Source: a virus (lineage: Duplodnaviria; Caudoviricetes). Taken from it: a stretch of 60,404 nucleotides of DNA. Below the pieces are notes generated by a model, which ran no database searches, was not told the DNA's origin, and saw only the letters and a list, made by a program, of their open reading frames with translations. Both the position numbers and the translations under genes were made by a program. The stretch spans positions 1 through 60,404 of the IMG/VR virus record IMGVR_UViG_3300030620_000112; one strand, 5' to 3'. Positions 36,102-46,772 of this stretch are shown piece by piece. Each line of letters opens with the position of its first letter. Within the stretch, counting starts at the first letter, position 1.

Positions 36102-36626
36102 GTGGACGACGACCTAATCAGTGTGGCGCTGGATGTCCTCCTCGCCTGCGTATGCGAGGCCCTCAACGATGCGGACGATTCGTGCCCGTGCGCGGTTCAC
36201 CAGACTGCGGGTGCTCCGCTGTGGGACCGATGCTGCGACTCGTGCTCAGGGGACGGACAGCCCAAGGGGCAGCTGTCCGGCCATCTCGTCTCCTCGTTCC
36301 CGTACGAGCCTTGGCCGACCCGGGTTGTCCCGCGGGACCCGTGCCGACATCCCCAGTGGGCCGCGGATGTCGCGATCGTGCTGGCCCGGTGCCTTCCGGA
36401 GATGGACTCTCGAGGCCGAGACCCGTCGGTCGAGGCGCTGGACGCGGCGGGGAAGCGGGCCAACCGGGAGGCCGAGCTGATCCGCAAGACGCTGACGTGC
36501 TGCCCGACGTTTCGGGTGGCGGTGACACAGGTGCAGCCCTCGGCCGTCCAAGGATGCGTCGGGATAGACGTACGGCTGCTGGTCGACCTTGCCGACCGAA
36601 GCCTTCGTCTGCTGGCGGGTTCCTGA
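36102..36626 (+). CDS. putative tail terminator/neck protein, Cys-rich
   Basis: Position; coupled to gp10-like gene. Confidence 0.5.
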   Translation: MDDDLISVALDVLLACVCEALNDADDSCPCAVHQTAGAPLWDRCCDSCSGDGQPKGQLSGHLVSSFPYEPWPTRVVPRDPCRHPQWAADVAIVLARCLPEMDSRGRDPSVEALDAAGKRANREAELIRKTLTCCPTFRVAVTQVQPSAVQGCVGIDVRLLVDLADRSLRLLAGS

Positions 36627-37042
36627 TGCCGTCCTCGGTCCGCTTCGAACTCGAGCCCAACGTGGAGGCGACGATCCTGCGTCGCGGGGGTGACGTGGAC
36701 GGCGACATGCTGCGCCGTGCCGAGCGTGTCGCCGGGCAGGCAAGGCGGAATGCCCCGGCGTCGTCAGGGAACCTGCGGGACTCGATCGTCGTGCGACAGT
36801 CGCGCAGCGGCGGCGGCCAGTTCCAGTCCGGCTGGGATGTCGTCGCCGAGGCGCCGTACGCCATCTACGTCCACGAGGGGCGTCGTGCGGGCTCGAGGAT
36901 GCCCCCGTCGGCTCCGATCGCAGCATGGATGCGACGTGAGGGGATCGACCCGTCGGCCGAGTTCCCGATCAGACGTGCCATCGCGCAACGCAGGATCGAA
37001 GGAAGGCCTTTCCTGCGGGATGCGCTCACCGAGGCCATATAG
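36626..37042 (+). CDS. HK97 gp10-like tail-completion protein
   Basis: AP..SG.LR.SI, YA.YVHEG, RPFL..AL. Confidence 0.8.
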   Translation: MPSSVRFELEPNVEATILRRGGDVDGDMLRRAERVAGQARRNAPASSGNLRDSIVVRQSRSGGGQFQSGWDVVAEAPYAIYVHEGRRAGSRMPPSAPIAAWMRREGIDPSAEFPIRRAIAQRRIEGRPFLRDALTEAI

Positions 37043-37151
37043 ATGTGGACGACTGCCCCGGCCACTGCACCCATCCCCTCGACGGCGCGGCCCCCTGCGT
37101 CGGCGGTGGCCGGGGCGCTACCTTGCGGCTGTGCCGTCGAGGAGGACATGC

Positions 37152-37484
37152 ATGGCGAAGATCAACATCCCGGTCGACAGCGACCCGGTCGACGCGGAGG
37201 TCGGCGACCTGCTGCTCTACTTCAAGCCGCCGTCGCAGGTGGATGCCGAGACGCTGCTGGCGGCGTTCGACGTCCTGCCCGACACCCGGCCCGACGCCGG
37301 GGATCGCAACGGCCTGTCCGAGATGTTCAAGGCCAACCGGGAGTTCCTTGCCCGGCTGGCCAACGACGAGGACACGGCCGAAGCCTGCCGGTCTGCGAAG
37401 TTGCCGACGACCGTGGTTGGCACGCTCATCAACGATCTGAATGGGATCTACACGGGACGCCCTACTGGCTCGCCGCCCGCCTGA
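37152..37484 (+). CDS. tail assembly chaperone
   Basis: RBS gaggagg; ends YTGRPT; upstream of tape measure. Confidence 0.7.
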   Translation: MAKINIPVDSDPVDAEVGDLLLYFKPPSQVDAETLLAAFDVLPDTRPDAGDRNGLSEMFKANREFLARLANDEDTAEACRSAKLPTTVVGTLINDLNGIYTGRPTGSPPA

Positions 37485-37819
37485 TCTGGGCTGCGGTTGG
37501 CGATCCGGCAGGGTTCCACTCGTTCGAGGGCTCGCTCGCGCTTGAGGGGGTGGACTGGCGTCGCTGGTCCGCCTCCCAGTTCTGCTCCGCGATCGAGCAC
37601 ACGCTCGAGACCGAAGAGGTCCGAAAGGCGTTGGAGGCGCTGAGCCCGAAAACGTCGGTGCAGCAGCGACGTCAGACCGCAGACATGACGCTGCGGATGT
37701 TCCGGGACCGTCTCCACAAGCCCCCCGTGGGGGCTGACCCCCAGCCGCCGCAGCCGACCACGATGGCCCAGTTGCAGGCGGCAGCACGGCAGGCGGCCCG
37801 CGAATGGAGTGACGGATGA
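37152..37819 (+). CDS. tail assembly chaperone, -1 frameshifted long form (shift near 37454-37466)
   Basis: -1 frame continues PYWLAARLIW... to stop 37819, which overlaps the tape measure ATG. Confidence 0.6.
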
Positions 37820-40800
37820 GCTCCGGTGATGTCGTTGGTCGTGCAAAGATCGTCATCGACCCGGACGCGTCCCAGTTCGGCCCTCGGCTGCGTCAGGAGA
37901 TGCAGCAGCCGCTGTCGCAGGCGGCCACGGCTGCGTCACAGGCTGCCGTGCAGATCGGCCAGAACCTCCAGCGGGTCGGCCAGTCCGCCCAGCAGGTGGG
38001 ACGGACGATGTCGGTCGGGCTCACCCTGCCGATCGTGGCGTTCGGGACGCAGGCCGTCCGTGCGTTCAACACGTTCGAGTCGAACCTTGCGCAGATCGTC
38101 GGTCTGGTGGGCATCGCTGCCGACGAGGTCGAGCAGATGGGTGTCGCAGCCCGGGACATGGCCGTCGAGTTCGGGCGTGGTGCAGCCGAAGCGTCCGAGG
38201 CGCTGTTCTTCATCACTTCGGCCGGCCTGCGGGGCCAGCAGGCGACGGAGGCGCTGGAGGTCTCCCTGCGGGCGGCTGCCGTCGGTCTTGGTGACACCGC
38301 CACGATTGCCGACGCGGTCACTTCGGCGGTCAACGCCTACTCAGCGTCAGGCCTGACGGCCACACGGGCCACCGACATCCTCACCGCGGCGGTTCGTGAA
38401 GGAAAGCTCGAGGCCGAGGCGATCGCACCGGTGCTCGGCCGCATTCTGCCGACCGCATCTGCGCTTGGGATCTCGTTCGAGCAGGTCGCAGGACAGCTGG
38501 CTGCCTTCTCCCGCACCGGCGTGGACGCCGCTCAGGGCGCGACCACCCTCATCGGGATCATGTCGACGCTGCTCAAGCCATCCGGCGACGCAGCAGAGGT
38601 CCTCGGTGCCGCCGGGCTGAGCATGGCGGAACTTCGGGAACAGGCTGCCGGGCCGGGCGGCCTGATCGGGGTGATGCGCCTGCTCGCAGACACGTTCGCG
38701 GGCAACGACGAGGCGCTGGCCCGCGTGTTCCCCAACGTCGAAGCCCTGCGCGGCATCATGAACGTGCTGGCGCAGGATGCCGGGACGGTCGACTCGGTCC
38801 TGCAGGGTGTCGCCGACTCCGCCGGTGCGCTCGACAAGGCCTTCGAGGCGACAGCACAGACCGCCCAGTTCCAGATGGATCAGGCGCTCGCGTCGGTACA
38901 GGATTCGTTCATCGAGATCGGCGCTGTGGTCGGCCCGTTCGCCGCCGACGTGCTCACGGCGCTGGCCGACGGGTTCGCGACGCTGGCCGACGTGTTCGGG
39001 TCGCTGCCAGAGCCGGTGCAGGAGTTCGTGGTTGCCATGGCCGCGGTGGCTGCGGTGGCCGGCCCGGTGCTGGTGGTCGCAGGGTCGATCGCCCGGGCGA
39101 TGGGGGCGCTGGCGCTCGCGTTTCCCGGCGCCGCATCCGCGTTCGCGGCGTTTCGGACCGGAGCGGCCAGGACGGTCACCTCGTTTGGGGCTGTCGCGGT
39201 TGCTGCCGCCGCGGTGTCCGAGGAGGTCGGCAAGGCGGCCGCGGCCATGCTCGGGTTCCCCACGGACCTCGACATCGACGCGGCACTGTCAGACCTGACG
39301 GCGGTCGCCGACGGGGCGCAGGCCACCACCGACGAGCTGAACCGTCTGGCCGGGGCAGCCGACGTCCTGCTGGACCCGTCCGGGTTCGAGCAGGACGTCG
39401 TGAGGCTCGGACGTGCCATCGGGTTCATCCCGTTCGTCGAGGACCCGTTCGACAAGTTCCGTGCAGGATTTGAGGCGGTCGACCAGCAGCTGGCTGCGCT
39501 CGTGTCGTCGGGTGACGTCGAGACCGCACAGGAGCAGTTCCGTCAGTTCGCCACCCGTGTCTCGTTTGTCGGGGTGTCGGCCAACGACCTCGTCAGAGAG
39601 TTCTCCAACTACCGGCGCGAGCTGGGACGTGTCGTCGCAGACTCGGGCGAGTTCATCGACGCCACGGCGGGGCTCGGCACGTCCATGCAGGATGTTCTGG
39701 ACCTGCTGGCGAACCCCGAGCCGGGAACCGAAGGGCTGCTGGGCGCGCTCGAGGCGCTCGCTGACGCGTTCGGCGAGGACATCGACGCAGGCCGGCTGGC
39801 GCGCGCCTTCGACGTGGTGCTTGACCCGTCAGGATTCGAGACGCTGCTGCTGGGGGCCAGCGAGCTTCTGGGGCTGCTGCCCGGCGTGTCATCGGAGGAC
39901 GACGAGGCACGTGCGCAGTTCGAGGCGCTCGACCGGGTGATGCTCCAGCTGGTGCAGGCCGGGGGTGGCGCCGCCGTCGATGCGTTCCTTCGAAGCCTTG
40001 CCGAGCTGGCCCCCGGCGACGTGACGTTCGGGACGCTGCTGGCCCAGTTGCCACAGACCTCGACGGCCTTTGATGATCTGGGCGTGTCCGGGTCACAGGC
40101 GGCCTCTGGAATCGGCGACGCCAACGACGCGCTGGCTGCCACCCGCGAGGCCGCGAGCGCGGCGGTCACCTCCCTGACCGAGTACGAGACCAAGCTAAAC
40201 GAAATCGCAGATCCGATCGCCGGGTTCATCGGCGCACAAGCCGATCTGCGCGAGGCGATCGAGGCTGCTGTCACGGGCGGTATCACGGCCGAGGAGGCCG
40301 CTGAACTGGCGGTCGCCGCCGGGAACCTGCTCGGTGCCGCCGAACGTGCCGCCGAGACCGGGGCCGACACGGAGCGGATCGTCGCCAACGCGTTCCGGCT
40401 GATCGCCGAGACGTTCCCCGAGTTCGAAGGGCTGCTCGGCCTGATCCCGCAGGTCAACACCGAGTTCGGCAACACTGTCGACACGGCCGACCAGCTCGTC
40501 GACCAGAGCCGGCTCGTCAACGCAGAGTTGCGCAACGCGGTCCTCAACCTCGGCGAGATCGACGCCCTCGAGCCGACCATCGACCTCGAGGCTGCCGCAG
40601 TCAACAATGAGATCCGTGAGGTGCAGCGGCGCATCGAGGAACTGTCGCAGGAGATCACGCTGGGCGCACGCGGTGAGGCGGCCGAACGAGAGATCGAACG
40701 GCTCCAGCTGCGACTGGACATGCTGCGAGGCGAGGTCGAGATCACCATCCCGTTCCAGCAGCCGACCGCGCAGGCCCGTGCGCTGGCCGCCGAGCTCGAG

Positions 40801-41265
40801 TCGATCTTCGCAGGGATCGTCATCCCGGGGACGCCGACGGTCACGTCGGATCTTGACGCGATCCGGGCCCTGCTCGGCGGTGGCGTTCAGGCGGCGCATG
40901 GCGGCCTGTTCACCGAGGCGACGAGGGCGCTCGTTGGCGAGGCCGGACCGGAACTGGTGCTGCCGTTGACCCGGCCGGCCAGAGTGGCCGAACTGCTGGC
41001 GCAGGCCCAGTCTGCCGGGCTGCTGTCTCTGGAGTCTCTCGCCCGCAACGGGCTTGTGCTGGCCCCGTCGTTCGAGGGCGACACGATCGCGGGTCCGCCT
41101 GCGATGCTGCAGCCGGCCTCGGTCCTGTCGCCTGCGCAGCAGGTCGACCGCAGCCTGAGCCTGACGGTCAACGCGACCGGGGAGGTCAGCCGCCGTCGAG
41201 CCCGCCGTATCGCGTCGGAGATGTCCGACTACGTGTGGCTCCACACCGGAGACGTCCTCGCATGA
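37816..41265 (+). CDS. tape measure protein
   Basis: 1149 aa, Ala-rich, GLTLPI, TP901-like core, C-terminal A.GG.....A.VGEAGPE.V.PL. Confidence 0.9.
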   Translation: MSSGDVVGRAKIVIDPDASQFGPRLRQEMQQPLSQAATAASQAAVQIGQNLQRVGQSAQQVGRTMSVGLTLPIVAFGTQAVRAFNTFESNLAQIVGLVGIAADEVEQMGVAARDMAVEFGRGAAEASEALFFITSAGLRGQQATEALEVSLRAAAVGLGDTATIADAVTSAVNAYSASGLTATRATDILTAAVREGKLEAEAIAPVLGRILPTASALGISFEQVAGQLAAFSRTGVDAAQGATTLIGIMSTLLKPSGDAAEVLGAAGLSMAELREQAAGPGGLIGVMRLLADTFAGNDEALARVFPNVEALRGIMNVLAQDAGTVDSVLQGVADSAGALDKAFEATAQTAQFQMDQALASVQDSFIEIGAVVGPFAADVLTALADGFATLADVFGSLPEPVQEFVVAMAAVAAVAGPVLVVAGSIARAMGALALAFPGAASAFAAFRTGAARTVTSFGAVAVAAAAVSEEVGKAAAAMLGFPTDLDIDAALSDLTAVADGAQATTDELNRLAGAADVLLDPSGFEQDVVRLGRAIGFIPFVEDPFDKFRAGFEAVDQQLAALVSSGDVETAQEQFRQFATRVSFVGVSANDLVREFSNYRRELGRVVADSGEFIDATAGLGTSMQDVLDLLANPEPGTEGLLGALEALADAFGEDIDAGRLARAFDVVLDPSGFETLLLGASELLGLLPGVSSEDDEARAQFEALDRVMLQLVQAGGGAAVDAFLRSLAELAPGDVTFGTLLAQLPQTSTAFDDLGVSGSQAASGIGDANDALAATREAASAAVTSLTEYETKLNEIADPIAGFIGAQADLREAIEAAVTGGITAEEAAELAVAAGNLLGAAERAAETGADTERIVANAFRLIAETFPEFEGLLGLIPQVNTEFGNTVDTADQLVDQSRLVNAELRNAVLNLGEIDALEPTIDLEAAAVNNEIREVQRRIEELSQEITLGARGEAAEREIERLQLRLDMLRGEVEITIPFQQPTAQARALAAELESIFAGIVIPGTPTVTSDLDAIRALLGGGVQAAHGGLFTEATRALVGEAGPELVLPLTRPARVAELLAQAQSAGLLSLESLARNGLVLAPSFEGDTIAGPPAMLQPASVLSPAQQVDRSLSLTVNATGEVSRRRARRIASEMSDYVWLHTGDVLA

Positions 41266-41349
41266 GATCGCCTCCAACGGCCGCAGCCTCGCACCCATAT
41301 CCCAACCCTCGGGGGAGCGGAACTACGCTCAGGCGCGATCTGGGCGCGA
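41265..41349 (+). repeat. dispersed ~85-bp element, copy D
   Basis: ATCGCCT(41267)..AACGGCCGC..CCCATAT..CTCAG..GATCTGGGCGCGA(41337). Confidence 0.75.
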
Positions 41350-41364
41350 ACGGGGGGCTCTGGC

Positions 41365-41880
41365 ATGGCTGACATCAACGAATGCCCCGAAGCCTGCGGT
41401 GTCGGGCTTGATCTGCCACAGGCCGGGACGTTCGAGTCGGTCGTGGTCGACAATGGCACCGACTCGGCCAACCTCGTCGGCCCGGCATGGCAGGTGACCG
41501 ACTGGTCGCCGATCAAAGGGTGGGCGACCCGTGGCCGTGACCTGCTGGTCCCCGGTGAGGACGGGGTGCTGCAGCGCGGCCGGATGACCGACAAGATGGA
41601 TGCGGCGCTGCGGATGGTGTTCACCGGCGAGGTCGACCGGTCCGGGGCCTCCTACTCGCCCCTGACCGTCTGCGCCGGCATCGAGTTGAATCGCCGCGAC
41701 TTCCTCGCACTCGCCGTTGTCCCCGGGCCGTCACGGACGCTCACGGTCACGTGGATGGACGGGGTCGCGGTCGGGCCGGTCCCCATGTCGGTCGAACCGC
41801 TCGAATGGCAGGACGAGGAGACGTTCGGTCGCGCCCGCGCCGTGTGGCGGATCACGCTGCCGGACGGCCCGCCGGCCTGA
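41365..41880 (+). CDS. distal tail/minor tail protein
   Basis: Position after TMP; RG.D..VPG.DG motif. Confidence 0.6.
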   Translation: MADINECPEACGVGLDLPQAGTFESVVVDNGTDSANLVGPAWQVTDWSPIKGWATRGRDLLVPGEDGVLQRGRMTDKMDAALRMVFTGEVDRSGASYSPLTVCAGIELNRRDFLALAVVPGPSRTLTVTWMDGVAVGPVPMSVEPLEWQDEETFGRARAVWRITLPDGPPA

Positions 41881-41881
41881 C

Positions 41882-43852
41882 ATGGGGATCACCGCCAAGG
41901 TTTACACTCGCGCCGACCTCGTCACCCCGGTCGTCACGGTCACCGACGGCATCCTCGGTGGAGGCTGGACCGACGAGGACAACGAGGTCGGCTTCGGCGA
42001 ACTGCGGCTCGCCTACGACCACCCTGACATCGGCGCGTTCGTCGAGACCCGGCTGGTCGTGGTCGGCGACGATCTGGTCGGCGACGAGTATGCGTTCGAG
42101 ATCCGGCTCACCGAAGTCGACCGGATGCAGGAGGACGAGGAAGCCGGCCAGTTCTGGGTCATCTCCGGCGACGGCGCCGCGCTCGCGCTGGGCACCTCGA
42201 ACGTCGGTGGTGCGGTCGTGTTTCCCGGCTGCGGAGACCACGAGGCGTTCCAGTCGGGCGTTCGCCAGTTCGGCTGGATGGACTGCTGCTGCTTCGACCA
42301 CTCCGGCTGGACGTCTCCTCCGACGCTCGACCACGTCCAGTCCAACCCGGACCCTCCGTGGAAGGCGACCAAGCCGACGGACTGGCCGGACGGTCTCGCG
42401 CATCGCATCGGCTGCAACTCTCCGACACAGACGACTGCCGGCGTCGACGAGGTCCAGACGGTCGACCTTGGAGACTCGATCTCCTCCGGCTTCTACACCC
42501 TCTCGTTTCGCGGCCAGACCACCGCGGACATCGTCTCGCCGTGGGACCTCGCACAGGTTGCGACGCGCCTCGAGGCGCTGTCCACCATCACCGACGTCAC
42601 GGTGGCCGGATCGATCACTGACTACACGGTCACGTTCCTCGACCCCGGGGAGCAGGACGTCCCGATCATGGTCCTCGACCACTCGACGCTGAACCACCCG
42701 CCCCAGAACGGCAGCGTGGCCGAGACTACGAAGGGGGCGCCCGGCACCTACGCGACAGCCGCAGGCTGCTGCTACTTCTACAAGTCGTTCACGACCACGA
42801 CCGAACAGGATCTGGTGCTGTTCTACAACCTCTCCAAGATCGGAGAGATCTGGATCGACGGGGTCGAGGTTGCACGCCAGTCATCCCCGGCACAGTCCAA
42901 GCAGACGCAGAATGTGACGCTGACCCTGCCGGCCGGAGACCACTGCATCACCGCACGAGTCTGCAAGTCGTCGTCCTCGGGACTGTCATGGTTCATGGCC
43001 ACGCTCGCTCGAGCAACCATCAACGATGACGGGTCCGTCGTCCTCGGCGCCGTCGTCGTACGCACCGACTCGTCATGGTCGGTGCTCGGAACCTCGTTCG
43101 GGGCCACCCCACCGGGCATGACGATCGGTGCGATCTACGAATGCCTCGTCAACGAGTCGCAGGCGCTGCAGACCGGCACCGGCAACGTCCCAGACCTCCC
43201 CGGCGTCACGCTCGGGTTCGACGCTGTCAACGACTCGGGCGGTGTGCCGTGGGCCAACGAATACGTGTGGGGGGTGCGGATCGGCACCGGCCTGCTCGAC
43301 GTGCTCCAGCAGTTGGCCCAACTGGACCAGTCGCACTGGCGGGTGCAGCATTCGCCGCTGCTGCAGATCGACATCTGGCAGAACCGCGGCACCGACCTGT
43401 CCGGCACGGTGGTCTACACCGAGGCCAACCGTCCCGGGGGCATCCTCGAAACGCTCCCAACCGGCAGGGCCCCGATCGCCACGTCGCTGCTCGTCGAGAC
43501 GCAGGAGGGCACCGCAGTTGCGTCCCAGCAGGCCGGCCTCGACGCCTACGGGTCTCGACGGATCGGCGTGGCTGTCGGGACCTCACCGACCTTCGAGGGC
43601 CTGTCGGGGTTCGCGACCCGGACGCTGGCCGACCATGCCCGCGAAGTGTGGGGTCAGCCGCTGCGGACCTGGGGACCCGCAGGCCTGCGGCCGTACGCTG
43701 ACTTCGACATCGACGACCTGATCACCGCACCCGACGAGGACGGCGTCGCTCGGGTCTACCGTGTCGTCGGGATCACCGTCGCGCTGGACGACTCACCGGA
43801 GGCGCTGACCGGCCTGATCTTCGCTGTCGCGCTGCAGGACTTGCCATCATGA
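41882..43852 (+). CDS. minor tail (hub/Tal-like) protein
   Basis: Position, size, beta-rich inserted domains (EVQTV, PA14-like WIDG). Confidence 0.6.
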   Translation: MGITAKVYTRADLVTPVVTVTDGILGGGWTDEDNEVGFGELRLAYDHPDIGAFVETRLVVVGDDLVGDEYAFEIRLTEVDRMQEDEEAGQFWVISGDGAALALGTSNVGGAVVFPGCGDHEAFQSGVRQFGWMDCCCFDHSGWTSPPTLDHVQSNPDPPWKATKPTDWPDGLAHRIGCNSPTQTTAGVDEVQTVDLGDSISSGFYTLSFRGQTTADIVSPWDLAQVATRLEALSTITDVTVAGSITDYTVTFLDPGEQDVPIMVLDHSTLNHPPQNGSVAETTKGAPGTYATAAGCCYFYKSFTTTTEQDLVLFYNLSKIGEIWIDGVEVARQSSPAQSKQTQNVTLTLPAGDHCITARVCKSSSSGLSWFMATLARATINDDGSVVLGAVVVRTDSSWSVLGTSFGATPPGMTIGAIYECLVNESQALQTGTGNVPDLPGVTLGFDAVNDSGGVPWANEYVWGVRIGTGLLDVLQQLAQLDQSHWRVQHSPLLQIDIWQNRGTDLSGTVVYTEANRPGGILETLPTGRAPIATSLLVETQEGTAVASQQAGLDAYGSRRIGVAVGTSPTFEGLSGFATRTLADHAREVWGQPLRTWGPAGLRPYADFDIDDLITAPDEDGVARVYRVVGITVALDDSPEALTGLIFAVALQDLPS

Positions 43853-45159
43853 GCGACTCTGGCGACCTTGATCGGCTTGTTCGGCGGGCACGCCAATCCC
43901 GCCGCTGGGAAACCGCCACGTTCCCGCAGGCCGGGGGAGGAACGCTGCACTATCCGGCGCCGCCGACTCTGACCGGCAAGCCGACCACCGGTGGTGGGGA
44001 ACTCACCATCGGTCATCCGCCGATCGGCGCACGCCTCCGCCTCTCCGGTAGTTCGCACGTAGGGCCCGGAGGGGAGGTCGTGCCATTCGACACGATTGTG
44101 GCGGACGTTGCATGGCTCGATCCTCCGGTGACGCCGGCCGTCGAGTGGATTCATCCGTGGGATGCGATCTATGGCCTCGAGCTGTGGGGCGCCTACGACG
44201 ACCCGTTCAACGATGCTGCCTTCCCGGGCGGGGGGACGTGGCAACTCCTGCTCGACGGGTTGGCGGTCGACGCATGGCCGAACACGATCACCGCACAGAC
44301 CCGAGGACGCCGTTGGTGGCCTGACCACATTGAGTACGACGCGGCAGCCGGGCAGATGGGATCGCTCAGGCTCACGCACGCATCAGCGTCGGGCGAGAGC
44401 ATCGACTGGGTGGCCAACATCACCAGCAAGGAACCGCTGCGTGAGATTGTGCCGTCGTGTGAGGTCGTCGTCGCCGGAAAGAATCCGCTTGGATGGTGGA
44501 AGTTCGACGAGACGTCGGGATCGACTGCGTTCGACTCGTCCGGGAACGGGTTTGACCTGTCGATCGCCGCCAGCAACGTAACCGTCGGGCAGCCGTCGTT
44601 CTGCTGCGGGGACGGGTCCTACGACTTCGCTGGGGTGCAGGGGATCAACTCCAACTGGGTCGGATCGGGCACGAACGCCTTCGACTTCGAAGGGACGCCG
44701 TCATTTTCGGCCGCGATCTGGGTCGACCTCGACGCGGCCGGCGCGGACCAGCATCTGGTCGGAACCCAATTCTTCGATGCCAACTGGGGCGGATGGGGCC
44801 TGACAGTCCAGACCGGCAACATCTGGCGGTTCGCCCGCTCCTCCGGCGGAACCATCTCCGTCGACAACCTCAACGTGTCTGGCAGCGTCGGCCCGACCAA
44901 CTCGGTCGGGATACCGCGACTGATCGTCGGGACCTACGACGGCGCCGACATGCGCATGTACGTCGACGGCATCCTGAAGGGGACGCTCGCCTCAACCCGC
45001 AACGTCGCCGACTCCGCCCTGTTCTCCATCGGCGAGGCCCGGACCTCGGTCGTTTCCCAGAACCCGCTCAACGGGCAGGTGTGTGACTGTCAGGTGTACG
45101 ACTACGCGCTCTCCCCGACCGACGTCGAAGAACTCTACGACGCAGGAACCGAAGGCTGA
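43849..45159 (+). CDS. minor tail protein with LamG/concanavalin-like domain
   Basis: WWKFDE.SG..A.DSSGNG, FS...WV, VGTYDG....YVDG, G......YD.ALS..V..LY. Confidence 0.8.
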   Translation: MSDSGDLDRLVRRARQSRRWETATFPQAGGGTLHYPAPPTLTGKPTTGGGELTIGHPPIGARLRLSGSSHVGPGGEVVPFDTIVADVAWLDPPVTPAVEWIHPWDAIYGLELWGAYDDPFNDAAFPGGGTWQLLLDGLAVDAWPNTITAQTRGRRWWPDHIEYDAAAGQMGSLRLTHASASGESIDWVANITSKEPLREIVPSCEVVVAGKNPLGWWKFDETSGSTAFDSSGNGFDLSIAASNVTVGQPSFCCGDGSYDFAGVQGINSNWVGSGTNAFDFEGTPSFSAAIWVDLDAAGADQHLVGTQFFDANWGGWGLTVQTGNIWRFARSSGGTISVDNLNVSGSVGPTNSVGIPRLIVGTYDGADMRMYVDGILKGTLASTRNVADSALFSIGEARTSVVSQNPLNGQVCDCQVYDYALSPTDVEELYDAGTEG

Positions 45160-46349
45160 TGTGGATTCCAGAAGAACTCCGGTTCCTCCTCGACGTCGAC
45201 CCGATCCTGACCCCGGCCCCGTTCGATGTGCTCACGTTCGATCCGACGCTCATGGCATGGACCGCACTTGCACCGTCAGGCGGCGCCTCACTTGATGTCG
45301 ACGACGATGGCTCGCCAGTCGCGTCGAACGTCGGGACCCTCAACTTTGGGGCTGGCCTGACAGCGACTGACGACGGTGGCGGGCAGGTCACCATCGACGC
45401 GACCGGCGGCGGGGTCGGGCCGACCGGCCCGTGGCTGCTGGACGACGTGGCCGACTCGCTGACCGACGAGCCGATGTTCCTTGCCGACCTGACCGATGTG
45501 GATGGCGGCGGTCCCGGCACCGCCACGTTCACGTCGCGGGAGACGCTCCCGGTCCCGGCCGACGCCACCATCACCGCCATCGCTGTCCTGTCGAACGAGG
45601 CCCGCACGGCCGGGACGTTGACGGTCGAGTTGACGGTCAACGGCGTCGGGTCAGGGCTGACAGCGGCGCTGGACGGCACCAACACTGAATGCGACACAGG
45701 GACCGGGTCGGTCGCGGTTGTGGCGTGTGACGAGATCGGGGTGACGGTCACGACCGACGGATCATGGACGCCGACGACGGCAGACATCACCGTCATGCTC
45801 CAGTTGGGGGCGTCCGCCGGAGGCGGGCTGACGCTCATAGATGAAGTCGAGCTGGGTTCGGACGGCCTCATCGAGTTCACCGGCATTCCTTCGACCTTTG
45901 AAACGCTGATGGTTGAAGGGAACGTACGGGCAGCTCAGACGTCCGGTGGGGTGCTCCAATGGGTCTGCCGGTTCGGGGACGGCTCGTTCGACACCGGCTC
46001 CAACTATGCGTGGATGCGCACCGGGACCGGCAACGCTTCCCTCAACGACTCGTCCGGCTCCGACACGGCCGCAGTGATCGCGGCCATCCCTTCCGACAGC
46101 GAAGGGGCCGGACAGTTCGCCTCGGTCCGGCTGCTCATCCCCGGATATGCCGACATCAGCAGACACCGCAACGCCATCAGCGAATATGCGGGCATCTACA
46201 CGTCCAACCGTCGGGCCGGACAATGTTCGGGAACATGGCGCAACACCGCCGACCCGATTTCCCGCCTCCAGTTCGGCTCCAACGTGTCGGGCGGGTCGCT
46301 TCAGGACCTTAATGCCGGGTCGGTTCTTCGCCTTTACGGCCTCGTATGA
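45159..46349 (+). CDS. tail fibre/receptor-binding protein
   Basis: Gly/Thr-rich; C-terminal I.F..IP.TF..L...G...LYG domain. Confidence 0.65.
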   Translation: MWIPEELRFLLDVDPILTPAPFDVLTFDPTLMAWTALAPSGGASLDVDDDGSPVASNVGTLNFGAGLTATDDGGGQVTIDATGGGVGPTGPWLLDDVADSLTDEPMFLADLTDVDGGGPGTATFTSRETLPVPADATITAIAVLSNEARTAGTLTVELTVNGVGSGLTAALDGTNTECDTGTGSVAVVACDEIGVTVTTDGSWTPTTADITVMLQLGASAGGGLTLIDEVELGSDGLIEFTGIPSTFETLMVEGNVRAAQTSGGVLQWVCRFGDGSFDTGSNYAWMRTGTGNASLNDSSGSDTAAVIAAIPSDSEGAGQFASVRLLIPGYADISRHRNAISEYAGIYTSNRRAGQCSGTWRNTADPISRLQFGSNVSGGSLQDLNAGSVLRLYGLV

Positions 46350-46418
46350 GACAGCCGCTGGTGGTTTCCCTGCCGGGCGTCCCCGATCCCGTACCCTGCC
46401 GTCGACTGGAGGTCGCGT

Positions 46419-46772
46419 ATGTCTGCCATCCTCGGTTCCGCCAAGGCTCTGGTCCCGGTCCTGTTCGCTGCCGCCATCGCCGCCCTCGAACAGCTCGGCG
46501 TCAGCATCGACTGGGTGACCGCCACCCTCACCAAGTCCTCGCGGCCGCCATACGCCAGCGTCGAAACCGCCCGACGACCTCCGGAAACGGCGCGGACAGC
46601 GCCACGGACAGCCCAACAGAGCCGGCCCGGACAGCGACCACGGACAGTCGAGACGGCGCCTCCAGAAACGGCCACGAACACGCACCTACCCCCGCCGAAT
46701 CGCTGTCCGCAGATTCCGACGGACAGCCACGGACAGCCGCCCCAGTCAACGCGGACAGTCCCGCGTCACTAG
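46419..46772 (+). CDS. membrane-anchored protein with low-complexity tail (uncertain)
   Basis: RBS ggagg; N-terminal hydrophobic helix; tail overlaps CGGACAG repeats. Confidence 0.4.
   Translation: MSAILGSAKALVPVLFAAAIAALEQLGVSIDWVTATLTKSSRPPYASVETARRPPETARTAPRTAQQSRPGQRPRTVETAPPETATNTHLPPPNRCPQIPTDSHGQPPQSTRTVPRH

Noticed and set aside
39330-39960. Internal duplication in tape measure (DV.LDPSGFE...FEA.D twice)
   Set aside because: Real, but internal repeats are ordinary for tape measure proteins
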